A DNA stretch of 64,000 nt. Source: Flectonema sp. DT1601 (lineage: Eukaryota). The position numbers were made by a program, and so were the translations under genes. The DNA lies in assembly GCA_964019425.1 (NCBI GenBank), contig OZ025780.1, positions 1,178,001-1,242,000 of the forward strand. Direction: 5' to 3'. Below, one piece after another: positions 58,701-64,000 of this stretch (positions within the stretch are counted from its first letter, which is position 1; each line of letters opens with the position of its first letter). Below the pieces are notes generated by a model, which saw only the letters and a program-made list of their open reading frames with translations, had not been told where the DNA came from and made no database searches.

Positions 58701-60453
58701 GACTTTCCCCTTCATCTTCAACCGACACGCAGCTTTCGCCATCGAGCTCGATGGATGGGCTTGGCAATTTGAAACTCACTGCTTGCTTCATACCAACATT
58801 AGAAGCTACGGTGCTGGCTACTTCCGTTGACAATCGTTGCGTGCCGAACATTGAACCTCTCAAGAGAGGACTTTCTCCTTCAACCGACACGCAGCTTTCG
58901 CCATCAAGCTCGATGGATGGGCTCGGCAATTTGAAACTCACTGCTTGCTTCATACCAACATTAGAAGCTACGGTGCTGGCTACTTCCGTTGACAACAGTT
59001 GCGTGCCGAACATTGAACCTCTCAAGAGAGGACTTTCTCCTTCATCTTCAACCGACACGCAGCTTTCGCCATCGAGCTCGATGGACGGGCTTGGCAATTT
59101 GAAACTCACTGCTTGCTTCATACCAACATTAGAAGCTACGGTGCTGGCTACTTCCGTTGACAACCGTTGCGTGCCGAATATTGAACCTTTCATGAAAGGA
59201 CTTTCCCCTTCATCTTCAACCGACACGCAGCTTTCGCCATCGAGCTCGATGGATGGGCTTGGCAATTTGAAACTCACTGCTTGCTTCATACCAACATTAG
59301 AAGCTACGGTGCTGGCTACTTCCGTTGACAATCGTTGCGTGCCGAACATTGAACCTCTCAAGAGAGGACTTTCTCCTTCAACCGACACGCAGCTTTCGCC
59401 ATCGAGCTCGATGGATGGGCTTGGCAATTTGAAACCCACTGCTTGCTTCATACCAACATTAGAAGCTACGGTGCTGGCTACTTCCGTTGACAACCGTTGC
59501 GTGCCGAATATTGAACCTTTCATGAAAGGACTTTCCCCTTCATCTTCAACCGACACGCAGCTTTCGCCATCGAGCTCGATGGATGGGCTTGGCAATTTGA
59601 AACTCACTGCTTGCTTCATACCAACATTAGAAGCTACGGTGCTGGCTACTTCCGTTGACAATCGTTGCGTGCCGAACATTGAACCTCTCAAGAGAGGACT
59701 TTCTCCTTCAACCGACACGCAGCTTTCGCCATCAAGCTCGATGGATGGGCTCGGCAATTTGAAACTCACTGCTTGCTTCATACCAACATTAGAAGCTACG
59801 GTGCTGGCTACTTCCGTTGACAACAGTTGCGTGCCGAACATTGAACCTCTCAAGAGAGGACTTTCTCCTTCATCTTCAACCGACACGCAGCTTTCGCCAT
59901 CGAGCTCGATGGACGGGCTTGGCAATTTGAAACTCACTGCTTGCTTCATACCAACATTAGAAGCTACGGTGCTGGCTACTTCCGTTGACAATCGTTGCGT
60001 GCCGAACATTGAACCTCTCAAGAGAGGACTTTCTCCTTCAACCGACACGCAGCTTTCGCCATCGAGCTCGATGGATGGGCTTGGCAATTTGAAACCCACT
60101 GCTTGCTTCATACCAACATTAGAAGCTACGGTGCTGGCTACTTCCGTTGACAACCGTTGCGGGCCGAATATTGAACCTTTCATGAAAGGACTTTCCCCTT
60201 CATCTTCAACCGACTCGCTGCTTTCACTGTCTGAGATAACGAGATTCGGTATCTTCACCTGCTTGTGATTTCCTGTTGGGGGGTTTGGACCTCTTACTGA
60301 GAAATCTCCATCTTCATCACACGTAAAACCTACAACTCTGTCACGACTAGAACGACTACCAATAGAATTACTATAGCCTTGCTCTATCTCCAGAATACTG
60401 CTGTTGTCGGTATTACGAGATGATCTCTTCGATGTGTTGTAGATTCTCGACAT
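55744..60453 (-). CDS. Large Ser-rich disordered protein, 1569 aa, with 13 tandem 54/56-aa repeats
   Basis: Uninterrupted ORF; repeat-unit indels are multiples of 3. Confidence 0.85.
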   Translation of the reverse strand: MSRIYNTSKRSSRNTDNSSILEIEQGYSNSIGSRSSRDRVVGFTCDEDGDFSVRGPNPPTGNHKQVKIPNLVISDSESSESVEDEGESPFMKGSIFGPQRLSTEVASTVASNVGMKQAVGFKLPSPSIELDGESCVSVEGESPLLRGSMFGTQRLSTEVASTVASNVGMKQAVSFKLPSPSIELDGESCVSVEDEGESPLLRGSMFGTQLLSTEVASTVASNVGMKQAVSFKLPSPSIELDGESCVSVEGESPLLRGSMFGTQRLSTEVASTVASNVGMKQAVSFKLPSPSIELDGESCVSVEDEGESPFMKGSIFGTQRLSTEVASTVASNVGMKQAVGFKLPSPSIELDGESCVSVEGESPLLRGSMFGTQRLSTEVASTVASNVGMKQAVSFKLPSPSIELDGESCVSVEDEGESPFMKGSIFGTQRLSTEVASTVASNVGMKQAVSFKLPSPSIELDGESCVSVEDEGESPLLRGSMFGTQLLSTEVASTVASNVGMKQAVSFKLPSPSIELDGESCVSVEGESPLLRGSMFGTQRLSTEVASTVASNVGMKQAVSFKLPSPSIELDGESCVSVEDEGESPLLRGSMFGTQLLSTEVASTVASDVGMKQAVSFKLPSPSIELDGESCVSVEGESPLLRGSMFGTQLLSTEVASTVASDVGMKQAVSFKLPSPSIELDGESCVSVEGESPLLRGSMFGTQLLSTEVASTVASDVGMKQAVSFKLPSPSIELDGESCVSVEDEGESPLLRGSMFGTQLLSTEVASTVASNMKQAVSFKLPSPSIELDGESCVSVEDEGESPFMKAVSFKLKTPEGEQAKSFKIIAPVPECDNSIAVSAGDGNRLSTANGNKSDSPTETFQCDSRTKKQNIISNLILTPLQSINRTDSFVIGNSPKSALSSCESSSSFEDSGSDSQRQEDYESHKWSYGTLLATENGSVKKRRPKNKRETTWSCLGPLRPSEYGSSVMQSHPSSPLVDNDYLDSLYFSEPMPSQKECQSPQGYSGPSFLFSQPYTESVLDQKASEQGFSKISISLPTDSVPSHKPELSAASGTQKMSSEPSVLSSTFGTQPHSSQKMSSEPSVLSSTFGTHTHLSQRVCSELSVPSLNHESMPSQKGSEQSFPSSKALHCIDSMYRTTESHPLRLNPTPSQKVSEVSFPSARLLGIESIPSQLSFTSTMSRAEAHSGNKINSEQSRISQKSLGSANTDSTPSKKESDPSFGSCKQNRYQGTDVCENTEIDLEDSILTGYPNMATISEFIYSNRSDSLSSHGLEVQRFLSVPGSGDHVMANASQRGSRFYSRFREALPVDLVRKNSVYVETDEFPTEVDLEQPEDGLQRQGTRVYFRRDTESPQQEEDTEFLRLTASRYSRTIPMNKRTNDRILKKKQYRYSMHVDTPRDPIQASGMHTISSSFYPLSIRDNVVTSIDNMKHNSNNNSEGCEPDKQIPLTKSSTELKISSSELFDDDSDSYMKESNNSSECIIEKPQNPVSPTWNSNRCKKLICYHRPAPPSKTKVGLAPRFACNRIREKSYRTHQHYDEPFRINKKKSPGLQWSAYPRHKIINRAILL
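58030..60214 (-). repeat. Coding minisatellite, ~13 units of 162/168 bp
   Basis: Unit GESPLLRGSMFGTQRLSTEVASTVASNVGMKQAVSFKLPSPSIELDGESCVSVE(DE). Confidence 0.95.
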
Positions 60454-61618
60454 TGAAATAGCATCCCCAGATGTGACTACCTTTCAGTCAGTACGACTAG
60501 ACATCAATTGGACTCATCACAGTTAAAAAGAACTAAAACTTAAAGTCGGAACATGCTAATTGATTACTGCTCTCTAAAACTGTGTCTGGGGATGAAATAT
60601 TTTTTTATTTTTTGTAAAAGTGCTCGACACTACAACAAATAATCTTGTACATGTTTTCATTAAAAACGATACAAAAAAATTGTCAAATATACATAAAAAA
60701 CACATCACACTTTTTTTTTTTTAAAACAAACTAATAATCTAATTATTAATTCAAATATTTTTTTGTTAATATTAAGTTTTATATCTTTGCTATGCGAAGT
60801 CCAAGCACTCCTAAGCAAGATCTCAGTTTTATATTTGTGTAACAACCGTTCAACGCTCTCGCGTGAAAAGAAACAAAAAATTGTATTTTAAAAGACATCA
60901 CGTATCAACTACACAAAATAAATCGAACGTAACGAAAAAGATATCCAGAAGAAAGGGATCTCAGAAAGAAAACAAAACCAATTTAGCCAACCTTAATTTT
61001 TTACTTTTTTACGTCACACTTTTGATTTGTGCGCAATCGGTACAAAATATTAACACAAAAATCACTTCAGGTTTGTAGGTATAAAAAATACGCGGTTTGC
61101 TCATACAGCCATTCGATTGCAGTATTTGAGGGGAGAGAGTATTTGAGAGGAGAGAGTACGTTTTAAGCTTTCCGTCTACTCCGCTGTTCTCAGTTGCTTG
61201 CGGCACACTAAGGGGAGCGACTGCAATAGTTTCAAATCACACGGAGTAGAGGAACTTAAATAACCCAAACAGAATAATAAAACCAATCTGAAAAGGAAGA
61301 GAGAAGAAATAATTCAAACAAACTAAAACAAGAGCCGCTTAACTTTATGAGTTTCCTTTTGTTCTTCGCAGTTAGAAAAGTATTACACACCGATTTTCAT
61401 ATTCGTGTTATGATCTGAAATAGTCTATCTACTGTTGGGGATGTAGTCGAAAATTTGAATGGTGTTCCGTTGAGCAGGGAAAAAACCAACGCACCAAAGC
61501 GAATAATAATGAGATGAACATCACTTAATATTATGAAGCTCGTCTGTCAGGTAGCGTAGTTCAGCTTTTATGTTCCAACCAAACTGTGTAGTTTTATAAA
61601 CAAGCTAGCAAGCGGGTT

Positions 61619-62188
61619 TTAACGACCTTTTTTTTCAAATGATAGAATGTGTGATTGCGCTGTTGAATTTCGTTTACTTCGCGGTTTACTAAATATCGAG
61701 GAACAGATCGACCCTTGAAGTATCACACGAGCACTTTCACATAATTTCTTCGGATCTTCTCCCTTTGATAGTGAGAAGCAACAGTTGTCGCAAACCCTGG
61801 CAGATGTGTACCCCAATTCTGAAATTGCTTTGTACTGAGAACAGTGTTGAGAACAGAATACGAACCCACATCCTCTGCAGTGATGCCTTCGGGTCATGAA
61901 ACCAAATTGTTTTTTACATGCAAGCTCACAACATGTTCCCCATGAATTATCCTCCTGCCATACTGGCCGTCTTCTTAGACACTGAGGTGATGGGTTACCT
62001 TCGTGACGATGTGACTTTATGAAGAACATCATTCCTCCAGTATTTCTTAGAGCCATGTTTCCAACATATCTGCTTGCTTCACTACTTCCCGAACCGGTAG
62101 AGGCTGTACTGCTTGACCGTTTTCGTTCGTTCTCCTTACCGATTATTATTTCATTTTTACGAGGAGTATAATCCGTTGAATTCGTCAT
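61619..62188 (-). CDS. FYVE zinc-finger protein, 189 aa
   Basis: WQED (WxxD), RRHHCRGCG and RVC motifs with the expected Cys ligands. Confidence 0.92.
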   Translation of the reverse strand: MTNSTDYTPRKNEIIIGKENERKRSSSTASTGSGSSEASRYVGNMALRNTGGMMFFIKSHRHEGNPSPQCLRRRPVWQEDNSWGTCCELACKKQFGFMTRRHHCRGCGFVFCSQHCSQYKAISELGYTSARVCDNCCFSLSKGEDPKKLCESARVILQGSICSSIFSKPRSKRNSTAQSHILSFEKKGR

Positions 62189-62462
62189 AGCACAACAAAA
62201 GCAATAATGAGGTATGCTTGCAGGTTATTGAAATACCCCCTGTTGGGTAGTATACTTACTCAGTGTGACAATCGATACGCGGCTGCTTCACTTGTTCGAA
62301 ACGATATCCGATCTCATTATGACCTGCTATAATAAATAGATACTATACTATGTCTGACATAAAGTCAACAATATTACTTTTCTGAAATAAGTAACCGACT
62401 GGAGACACTGGAGGGACTGTTAGCTGGGAAGGGGTCACATGGCACAGCTTATTGTTTTTTTT

Positions 62463-62498
<36 letters not shown>

Positions 62499-62561
62499 AA
62501 TTTTCTAGCTCACCGCTGTGCACTAATTTTTACTGACAGAAATCCATATATCATCGCACAA

Positions 62562-62594
<33 letters not shown>

Positions 62595-63294
62595 ACTTTT
62601 TCGAGAGGTGTTGGTGTTGGAGAATAAAGCCATTCATAAAGCCAAAGAAGTAAAGTTTTACTACTCTAAGATCATCGGGTAATTTACATGTTTTTGCGCG
62701 TTAACATTTCTCATCTATTTTTTTTCCCCCCCCCCTTCTTTTTTTTTTGTTTCACGAGCGCAATAAAATAAAAAAAATTAAAAAAACAACAGCCTGAACT
62801 AGGAACTGGTTTATGCAGCAATCCGCTTCCCGTATTCAACAAACAAGAATGACGTTGATACAGGAGTGACGGGAACATAATTGTAATTAAAACCGAAAAA
62901 AAAAGAACATAATATTTTGATAAATTTAATGAGTCTAACAATCCACCGAGTGGACACACAAAGAACTGGTTAGCTCTTCGGGGATCCTTGCAGGTCAATG
63001 CTTTTATCTTGACTGGATCACTAGAAGGAAAGAAGAAAACTGTAAAGATTAACTCATACAAAAAACAACTCAGTAGGGGGGGTTAACTGTTTGATTTTGT
63101 ACGTAAAATACAAATGTATTGTATCATAAACAACGACAATTTAACATTAGTTTCAGTAGGGAAGGGGGTGTGGGTCATGTGAAGCTAAAAGAACCGATGA
63201 AATAAATAAAAAAAGACTTTGTGATGGAGAAAACCCCGTAGAAGGAACCTCTCTAAAAACGTACTTATTCGTATCAACAGAAGGCAAAAAAAAA

Positions 63295-63430
63295 TGTGAG
63301 TTTTTGTCTGCGCACGAAACCGTGAACCGACTTAAACTGATAAAGCTAAAGGAGGTTTACGTTTGCTGCCCAACATTCTTTTTCGTTCTTACAATACTTG
63401 TTAAAATGCAAAAAAAAAAAAAAAAAAAAA
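63295..63430 (+). repeat. Dispersed repeat family R2 copy with long A-run
   Basis: Near-identical to 17735-17854; followed by a ~21-nt A-run. Confidence 0.85.
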
Positions 63431-63685
63431 CCATTCAGATTAGCCTTATAATTCGTTGAGCAGACAGAATCTTGTCGCGCAGGGAAATAAAACATAACTA
63501 TAAGAAATAACGGATTTCAGAATAGTTTCTTCACCAACTACTTCGGTACAAAACCATTTCGGATTAACCTTATATTTCGTTGAACGCAGACAAAATCCTG
63601 TCGCAGGGGGGAAATAAATCATGACCATAAGAAATATCGGCTTTCAATCTGAATAGTTTCTTCTCCAACTACGTCGGTACAAAAA
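63430..63685 (+). repeat. Diverged tandem dimer (~125-bp units, family R3)
   Basis: accatt..gatta.ccttata..ttcgttga..gcagaca.aatc.tgtcgc...gaatagtttctt..ccaactac.tcggtacaaaa occurs twice. Fragments also at ~17631-17680 and ~27420-27437. Confidence 0.75.
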
Positions 63686-64000
63686 AAAAAAAAAAAAACA
63701 AGCAAACCTTAGAACAGAATATAATAACTACAGAGGGAACAAATTCATCGTTTCCAACAGGGTTCAAAAAACAAAGGAAAAAATTGCTGAAAAAAACCGA
63801 TAGGTCAGCCTTATTCAGGGAATCGTCCAGCGGAAATCGAGTACTAAAGATAGATAGCTCTGGTGCTTTCAGTAACATCCTCCTAGGCCTTCAAAAAGAA
63901 TATCGCAATAAGTTGAATGAAAGAGACTCTCAAAAAGTTGATTATATTTTTACGCACTTAGGATTTGCCACACACATCTCTGTGTGTATTGATCTTCAAA

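Noticed and set aside
58030..60214. CRISPR-like array
   Set aside because: No unique spacers; in-frame coding repeat in a eukaryotic gene.
57947..60268. 773-aa plus-strand ORF
   Set aside because: Antisense shadow of the coding tandem repeat. One stop-free unit propagates, and it ends close to the array edges.

Overview
This is AT-rich eukaryotic nuclear DNA. I infer a euglenozoan, most plausibly a diplonemid, because all ~20 supportable protein genes lie on the minus strand, short GT-AG introns are present, an LRR-dual-specificity phosphatase is encoded, and the 28S sequence looks euglenozoan. Recognisable genes include a DnaJ-TMEM185-like fusion, an RIIa-LRR-DSP phosphatase, two carbohydrate sulfotransferases, a tandem MAPEG/MGST3 pair (one copy frameshifted beside a 200-N gap), a CCCH zinc-finger protein, RuvBL1, a PH-domain protein, GDT1/TMEM165, a degenerate membrane class III cyclase, eIF3h, F5/8-C-like, ZZ and FYVE proteins, and a 1569-aa tandem-repeat protein. 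I rebuilt several spliced models by hand. The most unusual object is a 1190-bp non-coding element (54392-55581) with 47-bp terminal inverted repeats and a perfect 9-bp flanking direct repeat, like a Mutator/Pack-MULE. It carries a ~390-nt 28S rRNA fragment with the intact I-PpoI/R2 target site, two tRNA-like Pol III cassettes and a long GC hairpin. A ~200-bp element at 30126-30329 has related ends. Also present are a second orphan 28S fragment, a modular dispersed repeat with a candidate pseudoknotted RNA, and introns whose 3' ends are A/C-rich rather than pyrimidine-rich. All calls are by eye; no searches were run.
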